From Bdellovibrionia bacterium (GTDB lineage Bacteria > Bdellovibrionota > UBA1018), in the NCBI GenBank assembly GCA_045805065.1, contig JBJMMA010000238.1, positions 1 to 51,683 on the forward strand: 51,683 nt of DNA. Reading direction: 5' to 3'. How positions within the stretch are numbered: the first letter of the stretch is position 1; each line of letters starts with the position of its first letter. The notes under the pieces were generated by a model. It saw only the letters and a program-made list of their open reading frames with translations, did no database searches and had not been told where the DNA came from. The translations under genes and the position numbers were made by a program. Positions 33,258 to 43,463 of this stretch are shown piece by piece.

Positions 33258-34717
33258 TACTTGCCAGTCCTTTCAAATGCCTGCATGAAAAAGCCATCGC
33301 TTGGATCTGGGCCGAGATAACCGCCTTCTTTGGCCTTAAAGTCAGGGTGATTCTTCAAGAAGTCCTGAACGACGTCGAGTGTCTCGGCCTTACGGAAAGT
33401 GCAGGTTCCGAAGACAAGGCGCCCCCCCGGCGCAACGAGATCAGAGTAAAGCGCGAGCAAACGCTTTTGAATCTCAGGCATCTTCTTGAGCACTTCCTCG
33501 CCTTGACGCCACTTGATATCCGGGTTGCGTCTGAGAACGCCCCAACCGCTGCAAGGAGCATCGACCAGAACTACTTGTGCTGTTCTGCGGAAGCGTTTCA
33601 AGGATTCGAGTTCTTGTCCTTCTTTGAGAGCCAGGGTCTGGATGTTGTTAAAGCCCGCATGCTTGGCGCGGCGTCGAAGCGCCAAGAGCTTCTTATCGGA
33701 CGTATCATAAGCATAGACGCGGCCTTTGCCTTGAAGGGCATCCGCCATCGCAAGGCTTTTTCCCCCGGCGCCTGCGCATGCATCAATCACGGTCCATGCT
33801 GCAGTATCTTTTGGAAGCGCTGGCAGTTTCTTAGGTGCCTGAGCGGGGCCTGGCTCTTTTGAGAGCATGCTTCCGTAGAGTTCAGGCCAGAGCGCAAAGT
33901 AAGACATGACCTGAGAGCCTTCGTCTTGAATCTCAAACGCGCCTTGATCGTACCATTCGTTATGAAGAACAGGTGCGTAGCCCCCCAGACGGATTCCCAT
34001 AGGAGAGAGATCAGAAGGCTGCGCACTCACCGGAAGCTTGCTTCCCTCTTTGAGGCCCTTCAGAACATCGGCTACCTTGAATTTTCTTGAGACCCGCAAC
34101 GACAAGGGCGCTTCGTTTGCCAAAGCTTTGACGAGAGACTGAGCGGTTTCATTTCCCCACTCCTTCATCCACTCCTCGGTCATGTGGGAAGGATAATCAT
34201 CCAGCACCGGATCTGCTTGAACCGGACGATGAATCATTCCTTCGTACATTCGTTGCGCCAGAACGGAGGCAGGACGCCAGTTCTTGAGCTTGTCAGGAGA
34301 AAGCTTCCAAGGCTCCCCTGCAGGAACGCCAATGCCCATCGCCTCAGCTTGTGAAGCAGGACGAAGAAGAATTATGGGAACGATCCGCGCGAGGATCGAC
34401 TTCATGTTCTTGGCTTGCTTGGAGAGAGCCGAGTCCAGATGCACTGGAGTTGAAAAGAGATCTGACCAGAGGCCGTTGAAGGCTTTTTCGACCGCTTCTC
34501 GCTTTACGGGTGCTTGTCTTGGGGCAACCTCGGGGCGTTCACGTTCATCCGAACGTTCGCGTTCATCAGCAAACTCTGGGCGTTCACGCCTAAATGAATC
34601 ACGAGATCTATCTCTTTCAAAAGGTTTGGCAAAAGGTTTGGCAAACGATCTGCCTGAAGACTGATTAGAAGAAGATCTGGACGACGTGCGTTTAGTGGAG
34701 CGAGCTGGCTTTTTCAT
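33257..34717 (-). CDS. RsmB/NOP-family RNA m5C methyltransferase
   Basis: IQDEGSQ, DACAGAGGKS, VDAPCSG, RRNPDIKW, GTCT. Confidence 0.9.
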   Translation of the reverse strand: MKKPARSTKRTSSRSSSNQSSGRSFAKPFAKPFERDRSRDSFRRERPEFADERERSDERERPEVAPRQAPVKREAVEKAFNGLWSDLFSTPVHLDSALSKQAKNMKSILARIVPIILLRPASQAEAMGIGVPAGEPWKLSPDKLKNWRPASVLAQRMYEGMIHRPVQADPVLDDYPSHMTEEWMKEWGNETAQSLVKALANEAPLSLRVSRKFKVADVLKGLKEGSKLPVSAQPSDLSPMGIRLGGYAPVLHNEWYDQGAFEIQDEGSQVMSYFALWPELYGSMLSKEPGPAQAPKKLPALPKDTAAWTVIDACAGAGGKSLAMADALQGKGRVYAYDTSDKKLLALRRRAKHAGFNNIQTLALKEGQELESLKRFRRTAQVVLVDAPCSGWGVLRRNPDIKWRQGEEVLKKMPEIQKRLLALYSDLVAPGGRLVFGTCTFRKAETLDVVQDFLKNHPDFKAKEGGYLGPDPSDGFFMQAFERTGK

Positions 34718-34842
34718 TTGCCCCTGTCATACCGCATTGCGCCGAGAAAGCCCAGTGGAGTGACTTGCGTTCGCCTCAATAAAGGTGAACTATTTAAAGA
34801 TCCCCCTGTTAGCTCTCGTTCCCCTTAGCCAAGGAGGCTAAA

Positions 34843-35988
34843 ATGATTGATTTCTCTCTGACCGAAGACCAACTGCAGCTTCAAGACCTGGCCCGCAAGT
34901 TTGCCAGAGAGGAAATCATTCCAAAAGCCGCCCATCACGACGAGACTGGCGAATATCCTCATGAAATCGTGAAAAAAGCCTGGGAGCTTGGCCTCCTAAA
35001 CACCCACGTACCGACTGAGTACGATGGCCTGGGCTTAGGCACCCTTGAAGCCTGTATCATCGCTGAGGAGTTCGCCTATGGTTGCTCGGGGATTGCTACC
35101 GCCATGGAAGCGAACGCTCTGGCGGCAGCTCCGGTGATTATCGCTGGCAACCACGAGCAAAAAGACCAGTTCCTGGGAATGCTCACCCGCGAAGGCAAGC
35201 TTGCGGCTTATTGCGTGACCGAGCCAGGCGCTGGTTCTGACGTTACATCGATTCGAACGGTAGCCAAGAAAGATGGCACCGATTACGTGATCAATGGATC
35301 CAAAATGTGGATCACCAATGGATCGGTTGCAAGCTGGTACTTTGTATTGGCTTATACGGACCCTGCTGCCAAGCACAAGGGCATGTCAGGCTTCATCGTT
35401 CCGCGCGACACCCCAGGCATTACTGTTGGCAAGAAAGAATGGAACATGGGTCAGCACGCCAGTGATACGCGTGGGATCACGTTTGAAAACGTCCGCATCC
35501 CCGAGCGTTATCGCCTGGGTAAGGAAGGCGAGGGCTTCAAGATCGCCATGTCCGCTTTTGACCACACTCGTCCTCCGGTCGCCGCAGGAGCAGTAGGCGT
35601 TGCCCGCCGTGCGATGGATGAGGCCATCGAGTACGCCAAGACCCGCAAGACCTTCGGCGTTCCAATCGCACAGCATCAGTCTGTGAGCTTCATGATTGCC
35701 GATATGGCCAAAGACATCGAAGCAGCTCGCATGCTGGTCTATAAAGCCGGATGGACGATCGATCGTGGCGAGCGAAACACGAAGTTTGCGGCATTTGCCA
35801 AAGCCTTTGCAGCCGACACGTGCATGCGCGTGACCACCGATGCGGTTCAGGTCTTTGGTGGCTACGGCTACTCTTCAGAGTACCCGGTCGAGAAGCTCAT
35901 GCGCGACGCCAAGATCTATCAGATCTATGAAGGCACGAGCCAGATCCAGCGTCTGATCATCGCCAAAGAGATCTTTGATCGCTCCTGA
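34843..35988 (+). CDS. acyl-CoA dehydrogenase (MCAD-like)
   Basis: [38 protein letters not shown]. Confidence 0.95.
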   Translation: MIDFSLTEDQLQLQDLARKFAREEIIPKAAHHDETGEYPHEIVKKAWELGLLNTHVPTEYDGLGLGTLEACIIAEEFAYGCSGIATAMEANALAAAPVIIAGNHEQKDQFLGMLTREGKLAAYCVTEPGAGSDVTSIRTVAKKDGTDYVINGSKMWITNGSVASWYFVLAYTDPAAKHKGMSGFIVPRDTPGITVGKKEWNMGQHASDTRGITFENVRIPERYRLGKEGEGFKIAMSAFDHTRPPVAAGAVGVARRAMDEAIEYAKTRKTFGVPIAQHQSVSFMIADMAKDIEAARMLVYKAGWTIDRGERNTKFAAFAKAFAADTCMRVTTDAVQVFGGYGYSSEYPVEKLMRDAKIYQIYEGTSQIQRLIIAKEIFDRS

Positions 35989-35993
35989 GTTGT

Positions 35994-36917
35994 CTACCCC
36001 ACTGCTCTTCTTGTTGCTGTAACAGGTGGAAAGATTGAGCTGGGTCCTGCGAGCCGAAATGTGAATTCCAGGATTTTGTCGCTGACCCAATCAGGATCTT
36101 CCAGATTGGGCCAGTGACCTGCGATTTCATTTTCAAAAAGGTAGGCTTCGGGAAGTTCGCGCATCATCTTCAATGCGATCTCGGTATCATTGATCGGATC
36201 CTGGGTTCCCCAGAGCAATAAGACAGGGACTTGTGACTTACGAAGCTCGTCTCTCCAATACTGCCTCTCGAAGGGACCAGGCCATGAGACTTCAAAGGCA
36301 CGCATCGCGCGAACCAGGGCAGCCCGGGTTTGAGAATTTCTCCAAGGGTCCCAAAGCAGCGAATGAAAAAGCGCACTCTCGCGTGCGAGGCAGGAATGGG
36401 ACAAAAGCTTTCTCAGTTTCCAGCGCATCGCCCAGCCAAAGAGTCCGGTTTTGATTCCACGGACAGGCTCAGAAAGGCCCGAACAATTGATCAGGACCAC
36501 GCCTGATACTTTATGACTCATCTCAAGCGCACAGATTTGAGCGATTGCGCCCCCGAGATCCTGTCCGACCATGACAGCGCGCTCATCCTTGCCGACAAAA
36601 CGGTCGACCAGATGTTGGACGATCTGCGAATGCTCCAGTAAAGAAAGCCCACGCTCTCTGGCAGAGAAGGAATGGCCAAACCCCGGCAGATCAACCGAAA
36701 AGCAGCGAAAACGCGGGAAAAGCCGATCGATGATAGGCCACCACATTTCTGAATCACCGTATCTGCCGTGCAAAAAGAACAGAGCGGGATACAACACTGC
36801 ACCATTTGAGCGCTCTGTCACAGCGACAAGGCAATCCCCAAAACTAAAGCGATGCTGCTTCACATAAGTTAAATGTGAGTTTGGGTGCGTCAGCGAGACA
36901 GACATCCCGTTTTGCAC
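35994..36917 (-). CDS. alpha/beta hydrolase with Asp nucleophile
   Basis: FLHG, DLPGFGHS, GQDLGG, LLWGTQD, AGHWP; start uncertain. Confidence 0.82.
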   Translation of the reverse strand: MQNGMSVSLTHPNSHLTYVKQHRFSFGDCLVAVTERSNGAVLYPALFFLHGRYGDSEMWWPIIDRLFPRFRCFSVDLPGFGHSFSARERGLSLLEHSQIVQHLVDRFVGKDERAVMVGQDLGGAIAQICALEMSHKVSGVVLINCSGLSEPVRGIKTGLFGWAMRWKLRKLLSHSCLARESALFHSLLWDPWRNSQTRAALVRAMRAFEVSWPGPFERQYWRDELRKSQVPVLLLWGTQDPINDTEIALKMMRELPEAYLFENEIAGHWPNLEDPDWVSDKILEFTFRLAGPSSIFPPVTATRRAVG

Positions 36918-36968
36918 TGCAAAGAAAAGGCCGCGCCGCCCGGCTGAAATTGAGTCCAGGAAACGCGT

Positions 36969-37997
36969 CTAGCCTTCGCCTTGGCGGAGTGATTCTATGA
37001 TTCTACGGTAGCTGGCGTAGCGTTCCAAAGTCCGTGCCGCGCAGCCCTCTTCGCTCTCATGCAAACAGCCTGGAGCCTGGCAAGAAAGGTTTCGAAACTC
37101 AGGAAACTGATTCTTCAGCTGCTCAGGTTTGATTTCCAAAAGCCCGAACTCACGCACACCGGGAGTATCAATCCAATCTGAGCCATCCGGGCCGCCCAGA
37201 AGAATCGCGGCCGTAGTCGTGTGCTTTCCTTTGCCGGTAGCATCGCTGACATCGCCGATCTTACCGATTTCGCTTCCAAGCAGGACCCGAAGGAGTGAAG
37301 TCTTTCCTACGCCCGACTGGCCGCAAAAAACCGCGCTTTTGCCCCGAACGCGTTCCAAGAGCGCATCAATTCCAATCCGCTTCTTTGTGCTGAGCTCAAA
37401 AACCGAATAACCCAGGTCTTTGTAAATCTGAGAAGCCTTAGGAGCGTCAGGAGCAAGCTGGTCTACTTTATTGAGGCAGAGAATAGGCTCAATTCCAGCG
37501 TAGGTCGCAGCAACCAGATACCGATCTACGAGCCCAGGAGAAAAGGCCGGAGTGGTCGCGGATGTCACAATGACCAGATATTCAACATTGGCTGCAACCA
37601 CATGCTGAGTCCTTCCCTGGTCTTCACGACCTGGCGCAGGACGACTCAGATGGTTCCGTCTTAAACAAACGCCCTCGACAATCCCGCTTTGAGGGTTCAG
37701 GCGTTGAACAGAAACCCGATCTCCGACCGCCACCGGACTGCGCTCACGCACATCACCTTGTTGAAACACCGTGGCACGACGATAACTGCAGAGAATCTCA
37801 TGACGATCCTCATCGAGTCTGACGCGGCACTGGTTAGGAAACACTTCAGCGACAGTGGCGTTTGCCTGCTCGGCCGGGAGAGGTTTTGCTTTGTCGGTCT
37901 TCTGTTTGGAGCCATTGGCGCGACCCCGTCCGGAGCCACCGTTTTTGGCCCCCTCGTGATCCAGCCAATCTTCCGAGTCCCCCCGGTACTTAGGCAT
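36969..37997 (-). CDS. rsgA: ribosome small subunit-dependent GTPase A
   Basis: NKVD, GQSGVGKTS, GKHTTT, DTPG, C-terminal CxxxxCxHxxxxxC. Confidence 0.95.
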   Translation of the reverse strand: MPKYRGDSEDWLDHEGAKNGGSGRGRANGSKQKTDKAKPLPAEQANATVAEVFPNQCRVRLDEDRHEILCSYRRATVFQQGDVRERSPVAVGDRVSVQRLNPQSGIVEGVCLRRNHLSRPAPGREDQGRTQHVVAANVEYLVIVTSATTPAFSPGLVDRYLVAATYAGIEPILCLNKVDQLAPDAPKASQIYKDLGYSVFELSTKKRIGIDALLERVRGKSAVFCGQSGVGKTSLLRVLLGSEIGKIGDVSDATGKGKHTTTAAILLGGPDGSDWIDTPGVREFGLLEIKPEQLKNQFPEFRNLSCQAPGCLHESEEGCAARTLERYASYRRIIESLRQGEG

Positions 37998-38033
37998 TTC
38001 GCATTTCCATCTCTTTAGATTATATACCTTATT

Positions 38034-39260
38034 ATGGCTAAAACGTCCTTCCCTAAAGACCAGATCAAAGTTCTTCTCCTAGAAAACATTCATGCAAGAG
38101 CGCGTGAGATCTTCATGGAGGAAGGATATCAAGTCGAGCTGCTGCAAGGAGCGCTCGGCGAGGCCGAATTGATCGAGAAAATCAAAGATGTACACATCCT
38201 CGGAATCCGGAGCAAAACGCAGATTACGGATGCCGTCCTGGCCGAAGCCAAGCGTCTTTTGACGATCGGATGCTTCTGCATTGGAACAAACCAAGTCGAT
38301 CTTCAGGCTGCTAAAGTCCGCGGGATCTCTGTCTTTAATGCTCCGTTTGGAAACACCCGAAGCGTGGCTGAGATGGTGATCGCTGAAATCATCATGCTCT
38401 CCCGCCAGCTGGCTCAGCGAAGCATGGAGATGCACCAGAAAGCCTGGAAGAAAGTCTCGGCTAACTGTTTTGAAGTTCGTGGCAAGACCCTGGGAATCAT
38501 CGGCTACGGAAACATCGGAACGCAAGTTTCAACACTTGCCGAAGCCATGGGCATGCGAGTGATTTTCTTTGATGTCATCTCAAAGCTTCCGATGGGTAAT
38601 GCCAAGGGCTGCAACACGATGGACGAGGTTTTGAAAACTTCTGATTTTGTCACGCTCCACGTTCCAGCGACCGCCCTCACTCATGAAATGATCGGCGAAA
38701 AAGAGCTGATGAAAATGAAAAAGGGCGCCTACTTGATCAACGCAAGCCGCGGCACGGTCGTCGATATCAATGCCTTGGCAAAAGCGCTTCAATCCAAGCA
38801 TCTCTCAGGCGCAGCCATTGATGTGTTTCCAGAAGAGCCTGAGACCAACATCAACGACTATGTCACCCAGCTTCAAGGACTCCCAAACACGGTCCTGACG
38901 CCTCATATCGGAGGCGCGACCGAAGAAGCTCAATCCAATATCGGTGAGGAAGTCCCAACAACCCTTCTTCGCTTCATCAATAACGGCTCAACACTTCGCT
39001 CGGTCAACTTTCCGAACGTGGATGTCGCTCCTACGAGTGAGCGTCACCGTATTTTGAACGTTCATCGCAATGTGCCGGGCGTTCTTCGCGAGATCAACCG
39101 CATTATCTCGGATCTTGGAGCAAACATTGAAGCTCAAACGCTCGCAACGGATTCGGAAATCGGCTACCTGATCCTTGAAACTGACCGTCAGATCTCGCTT
39201 GAAGTGAAACAAGCGATCGAAGGCCTGAAGCAGTCCATCAAGACGCGCATTCTCTATTAA
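38034..39260 (+). CDS. serA: D-3-phosphoglycerate dehydrogenase (E. coli-like, with ACT domain)
   Basis: GIRSKT, CFCIGTNQVD, GYGNIG, TPHIGG, HRNVPG. Confidence 0.95.
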   Translation: MAKTSFPKDQIKVLLLENIHARAREIFMEEGYQVELLQGALGEAELIEKIKDVHILGIRSKTQITDAVLAEAKRLLTIGCFCIGTNQVDLQAAKVRGISVFNAPFGNTRSVAEMVIAEIIMLSRQLAQRSMEMHQKAWKKVSANCFEVRGKTLGIIGYGNIGTQVSTLAEAMGMRVIFFDVISKLPMGNAKGCNTMDEVLKTSDFVTLHVPATALTHEMIGEKELMKMKKGAYLINASRGTVVDINALAKALQSKHLSGAAIDVFPEEPETNINDYVTQLQGLPNTVLTPHIGGATEEAQSNIGEEVPTTLLRFINNGSTLRSVNFPNVDVAPTSERHRILNVHRNVPGVLREINRIISDLGANIEAQTLATDSEIGYLILETDRQISLEVKQAIEGLKQSIKTRILY

Positions 39261-40062
39261 GAGGAAGCACGACCGTGAAAGTCGCGCCTTGTTGAAGATG
39301 ACTCTCGGCCCAGATTTGGCCCTGATGCATCTCCACGATCCTTCGGCTGATAAAGAGTCCGAGTCCAAGCCCGCTGATATGAGTTGCGGGTACTGCACGC
39401 TCAAATCGGCTGAAGATACGCTCCAGGCTATCAGCAGGAATCCCCATGCCCTGATCGATGATTTTGATCTGAGCGTTTTGCTCCTGCTGCTTCAACGAAA
39501 TCCGGATCGGTTGGCCCGCCCCGTATTTGACGGCATTCAGTAACAGGTGGCTTACGACTTGTTCGATCCGTTCACTATCCCAGTGGCCCAACACATAGGG
39601 TTGGAGATCAAGTTCCAAGCGTGACCCTGATGATATGACTTCTCGATCGTGTCTGTAGGCTACTGCCTCAATCAGAGCTTTAAGGTCTGTCTCTTTTTTC
39701 TCGAGTTCCATGCTCCCGTTCGAAAGCTTGGCGCTATCCAGCATATCTTCGATCAGCTTTCCAAGCTGCCAGGCATGGCGGTCGATGGTTCCCATCAATT
39801 GCCAGATGGACTCGGCACTTAAAGCGCCTGCTTGCGAGCGAGAAAGTCTTCTTTTTTGAAGTTCCACTTCGAGCAAAAGCGCCGTCAAAGGCGTTTTCAG
39901 CTCATGGGATGCGAGTGAAATGAATTCATCTCGAATGTCGATTGTTGAAGGTTCAGTTGGAACAATATGTAATGTGCGAGCTACTTCATCTTCACTTTTT
40001 AAAACTGCCGGTCTTTGCATTGGGGGCATTGAGCACAAATCCTTCCGGCGAGGACTTAGCAA
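39238..40062 (-). CDS. orphan histidine kinase (HisKA + HATPase only)
   Basis: ASHELKTPLT, LLLNAVKY, DQGMGI, GLGLGL; start uncertain. Confidence 0.85.
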   Translation of the reverse strand: MLSPRRKDLCSMPPMQRPAVLKSEDEVARTLHIVPTEPSTIDIRDEFISLASHELKTPLTALLLEVELQKRRLSRSQAGALSAESIWQLMGTIDRHAWQLGKLIEDMLDSAKLSNGSMELEKKETDLKALIEAVAYRHDREVISSGSRLELDLQPYVLGHWDSERIEQVVSHLLLNAVKYGAGQPIRISLKQQEQNAQIKIIDQGMGIPADSLERIFSRFERAVPATHISGLGLGLFISRRIVEMHQGQIWAESHLQQGATFTVVLPLNRECAS

Positions 40063-40104
40063 AAAAATTTTGTGAGTGATACGGCATTTCTTATCGAATG
40101 CGCA

Positions 40105-41511
40105 TCAATCAAAGATTTTTCCTGGATTGAGTAACCCTTGAGGGTCCATTGCGTTTTTGATGGACCGCAAAATCGCAAGTTCTGCCGTTGATCTAGTGAA
40201 TTTGAGCCATTCTTTTTTCAAAAGTCCGACTCCGTGCTCAGCGGAAATGCTGCCCTGGTACTTTTGCACGATACGGAAAAGATCTTCGTCGGCCTGATGG
40301 CACTGACGAAGGAACTCTTCGCGATCCATTGCTTCAGGCTTCATCGTATTGACGTGGAGATTTCCATCACCGATGTGACCAAAAAGATAAATATCAAAGC
40401 CGCTGTGGCGCTTTGCGAACATCTCATACATATCGCGAACAAAATCGTCCAAAGTGGACACAGGCAATGAGATGTCGTTCTTGTGCAGGAAACCCCGGTG
40501 ATAAATGCTCTCTGGGGTTCCTTCGCGCAAGGCCCAGAGATCGCGCGCCTCACGTGGAGACTGTGCGAGCGTTCCGTCATGCACGAGTCCTTTTTCGAAA
40601 ACGCCAGCAAGCCATTGGTCCAGGACTTCTTGTGCATCCGGAGAGGTGGGACGCTCAACTTCCATCAAGACATAGGCGCCGTAGGTCGTCGCAAACGGCG
40701 ATTTTAACTTCAGATGCTCAGAGACCGCGTCAATGCAGTTGTGAGTCATCGTCTCAAACGCCATGAGCGTGAACGGCGCACGACGAGCCTCATGGAAAAG
40801 TTTCAGCACAGCCGTCATGTCATCCACAGCGAAGAAAAAAACGTCGAGTGCTTTTGGAACACGAGCAAGCTTCAAGGTGGCTTCCGTGATGATTCCAAGC
40901 GTGCCTTCGCTTCCGATGAAAAGCTGCCTAAGGTCGGTGCCGGTATTGTTTTTTTCAAGAGCGCCGTTGAGCTCAAGGATATCGCCATTCATGGTAACGA
41001 CCTGAATGCCAAGCACCCAGTTACGGGTCATTCCGTAATGGATGACTTTCACGCCACCCGCGTTCGTTGCGATATTTCCGCCAACATGGCTTGAGCCTTT
41101 TGACGCAAAATCAATCGGCCAAGTGAGTCCTTGAGGAGCACAATGATGGTGAACAGCCTCGGTCACGGCTCCTGCTTGAACTCGAAGAGTTTGAGAAAGC
41201 GTGTCCACTTCCCCCATTTTGTTCATTCGGGTCATGCTGAGCACGACTTCGCCCTTTGAGGCAACAGCCCCTCCGGCAAGTCCCGTACGTCCACCCGATG
41301 GAACGATGGCTACCTTATACTTCGAACAGAGGCGGGCAAATCGGGCGACCTCTTCGGTAGTCCGTGGAAAAACCACTGCCGAGGGTTTAGGAGGGTAGAC
41401 TTTAGTCCAATCCTTGCCATAAGCGGCCAGCTCTTCCGGATTTTGGGTCATAAAGTCGGCTGGGAATTCGCTTTTAATTTCGGCTAGAAAGGCAGAATTA
41501 AGGTCGCTCAT
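40105..41511 (-). CDS. FAD-linked D-2-hydroxyacid dehydrogenase (D-2-hydroxyglutarate dehydrogenase-like)
   Basis: PSGGRTGLAGG, GGNIATNAGG, GSEGTLG, GHIGDGNLH, SAEHG, NPGK. Confidence 0.88.
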   Translation of the reverse strand: MSDLNSAFLAEIKSEFPADFMTQNPEELAAYGKDWTKVYPPKPSAVVFPRTTEEVARFARLCSKYKVAIVPSGGRTGLAGGAVASKGEVVLSMTRMNKMGEVDTLSQTLRVQAGAVTEAVHHHCAPQGLTWPIDFASKGSSHVGGNIATNAGGVKVIHYGMTRNWVLGIQVVTMNGDILELNGALEKNNTGTDLRQLFIGSEGTLGIITEATLKLARVPKALDVFFFAVDDMTAVLKLFHEARRAPFTLMAFETMTHNCIDAVSEHLKLKSPFATTYGAYVLMEVERPTSPDAQEVLDQWLAGVFEKGLVHDGTLAQSPREARDLWALREGTPESIYHRGFLHKNDISLPVSTLDDFVRDMYEMFAKRHSGFDIYLFGHIGDGNLHVNTMKPEAMDREEFLRQCHQADEDLFRIVQKYQGSISAEHGVGLLKKEWLKFTRSTAELAILRSIKNAMDPQGLLNPGKIFD

Positions 41512-41610
41512 GAGAGCAGGCTATCATCGTCCTAAGCCTTTTAGAATAGCTTCTAAACGGGCTTCGTAAAGGTTATGGCACGCCGTCCTATTTCCTGATA
41601 AAAAGCCTCC

Positions 41611-42642
41611 GTGATGGCGGCCAAATCTTTATACGCGGAGCGGGCTACGCCTGCCTCGACAAATAATCCAGCACTTGCGCTTGCGCCGATGGAAGGCGTG
41701 ACTGACGCACCGATGCGCGCTCTGATGTCAGAGCGTGGGGGTTTTACCTATTGTGTCGCCGAGTTTTTACGGGTGAACGATCTCGTGCCCCCTGAGCATG
41801 TCTATTATCGGCACATTCCTGAGCTTGAGAATGGTTGCCGTACTGCCGCAGGAACCCCGGTTCATGTGCAGCTCTTAGGTGGAAACCCCGAGGTCCTGGC
41901 TCAGTCCGCTGCGCGCGCTGCGGAGCTGGGTGCTCACGCCATTGATTTGAACTTCGGATGTCCTGCCCCAACCGTCAATCGCCATGACGGAGGCGCAACC
42001 CTACTGAAGCACCCTGAACGTATCGAGGCAATCGTTCGCGCCGTCCGGCAGGCGGTTCCAAAGTCCATTCCCGTTTCGGCAAAACTTCGTCTGGGATGGG
42101 ACTCCATTGATCCGGTCCACGAAAACGCTGAGCGCGCTGCCATGGGCGGCGCGGATTGGATTACGATTCACGCACGCACTCGCATGCAAGCCTATCAGCC
42201 ACCGGTTTATTGGAAGCCGATTGGCGAAGTGAGAAGGCGCCTCTCCATTCCAGTGGTTGCCAACGGGGACATCTGGACGTTAGATGATTTCAAACGCTGC
42301 CAGGATGAGACGCAATGTGAGCGGTACATGTTAGGCCGTTCAGCGCTTGCAAATCCGATTCTTCCGCTTCAAATTGCGCATGAGCTCGGGCTTCCCGCCC
42401 CAGCGCCCGCGTTTGAGGGTTGGAAGCCGATTTTGGAGCGTTTTGCCGAGCTGAGTGATCAGTATTCGAGAAAGCCAGGACAACAGGGCTACGTTGTTCA
42501 AAGAATCAAGCAATGGGTCAGGATGTCTCACCAGCGCAAGCCGCTGGAGTGGTTTGACGTCTTGAAAACCAAACAGAATCTGACAGAAGTATTCGAAGTC
42601 GTAGGGAGTGTTTATGAATTACCTGAACATCGCATTTTATAA
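41611..42642 (+). CDS. tRNA-dihydrouridine synthase (DusC-like)
   Basis: LAPMEG, DLNFGCPAPTV, SAKLRLG, IHART, ANGDI. Confidence 0.92.
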   Translation: MMAAKSLYAERATPASTNNPALALAPMEGVTDAPMRALMSERGGFTYCVAEFLRVNDLVPPEHVYYRHIPELENGCRTAAGTPVHVQLLGGNPEVLAQSAARAAELGAHAIDLNFGCPAPTVNRHDGGATLLKHPERIEAIVRAVRQAVPKSIPVSAKLRLGWDSIDPVHENAERAAMGGADWITIHARTRMQAYQPPVYWKPIGEVRRRLSIPVVANGDIWTLDDFKRCQDETQCERYMLGRSALANPILPLQIAHELGLPAPAPAFEGWKPILERFAELSDQYSRKPGQQGYVVQRIKQWVRMSHQRKPLEWFDVLKTKQNLTEVFEVVGSVYELPEHRIL

Positions 42643-43375
42643 ATTCGTGGAGCTTGGGGCTTTGAGTGAAAGACGCGACATTCTTCGCAAGCGCTGCATC
42701 AGCCTTAATCTGCGCGGCACGATCCTGATTAGCGCGGAAGGAATCAATGGATTCCTGGCGGGTGAAGAAGCTCCGATTCGCGAGTTCGTCGCGGAACTTC
42801 ATGAGCAATCTGAATTTGCGAATCTTGAAGTGAAGGAAAGCTGGTCGAGCCAGATTCCATTCACCCGCATGCTGGTGAAGATCAAAAAAGAAATCATTCC
42901 GATGGGACGTCCAGACGTTCGTCCTACCGAGTTTACCGGCAAGCGCTTGCTTCCCGTTGAGTTCAAGAAGTGGCTCGATGAGAACCGCGACATTGTCGTG
43001 ATCGACACCCGCAATGACTATGAAGTCGAGGTTGGCACCTTTGAGAAGGCCGAGCACTTCAACTTGAAAAACTTCCGTGAGTTTGGAGACAAGCTCAAAG
43101 AAATTCCGCAAGAGAAGAAGGAAAAGCCTGTTGTGATGTTCTGCACCGGCGGGATTCGTTGCGAAAAGGCAACCGCTCTGGCTGCCAAGGAAGGATTCAA
43201 GGACGTCTATCAACTCGAAGGCGGTATTTTAAAGTATTTTGAACAAATCGGTGGAGAACACTACCGCGGTGACTGCTTTGTATTCGACAATCGCGTGACC
43301 GTTGACCCGCAACTTCGCGAAACCGGCAAAGGCTACGAGAACGGCCGCATGCGCTGGAACAATAACCCTATGTGA
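42614..43375 (+). CDS. trhO: rhodanese-domain tRNA uridine(34) hydroxylase, TrhO/YceA family (short form)
   Basis: FYKF, EGING, DTRNDYE, MFCTGGIRCEKA, YQLEGGILKY, CFVFDNR. Confidence 0.85.
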   Translation: MNYLNIAFYKFVELGALSERRDILRKRCISLNLRGTILISAEGINGFLAGEEAPIREFVAELHEQSEFANLEVKESWSSQIPFTRMLVKIKKEIIPMGRPDVRPTEFTGKRLLPVEFKKWLDENRDIVVIDTRNDYEVEVGTFEKAEHFNLKNFREFGDKLKEIPQEKKEKPVVMFCTGGIRCEKATALAAKEGFKDVYQLEGGILKYFEQIGGEHYRGDCFVFDNRVTVDPQLRETGKGYENGRMRWNNNPM

Positions 43376-43405
43376 AGGGTTTCTACGATTCATTCACTAA
43401 AATGC

Positions 43406-43441
43406 AAAAGGGGCACTTACTGAAAAGTAAGCGCCCCTTTT
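43406..43441. terminator. bidirectional intrinsic terminator
   Basis: AAAAGGGGCACTTACT-GAAA-AGTAAGCGCCCCTTTT between convergent genes. Confidence 0.85.
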
Positions 43442-43463
43442 ACTTTTAACGAATCGTACTAGC

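Noticed and set aside
41576..41592. TGGCACG upstream of dus as a sigma54 promoter
   Set aside because: No TTGC-like -12 element at the required spacing
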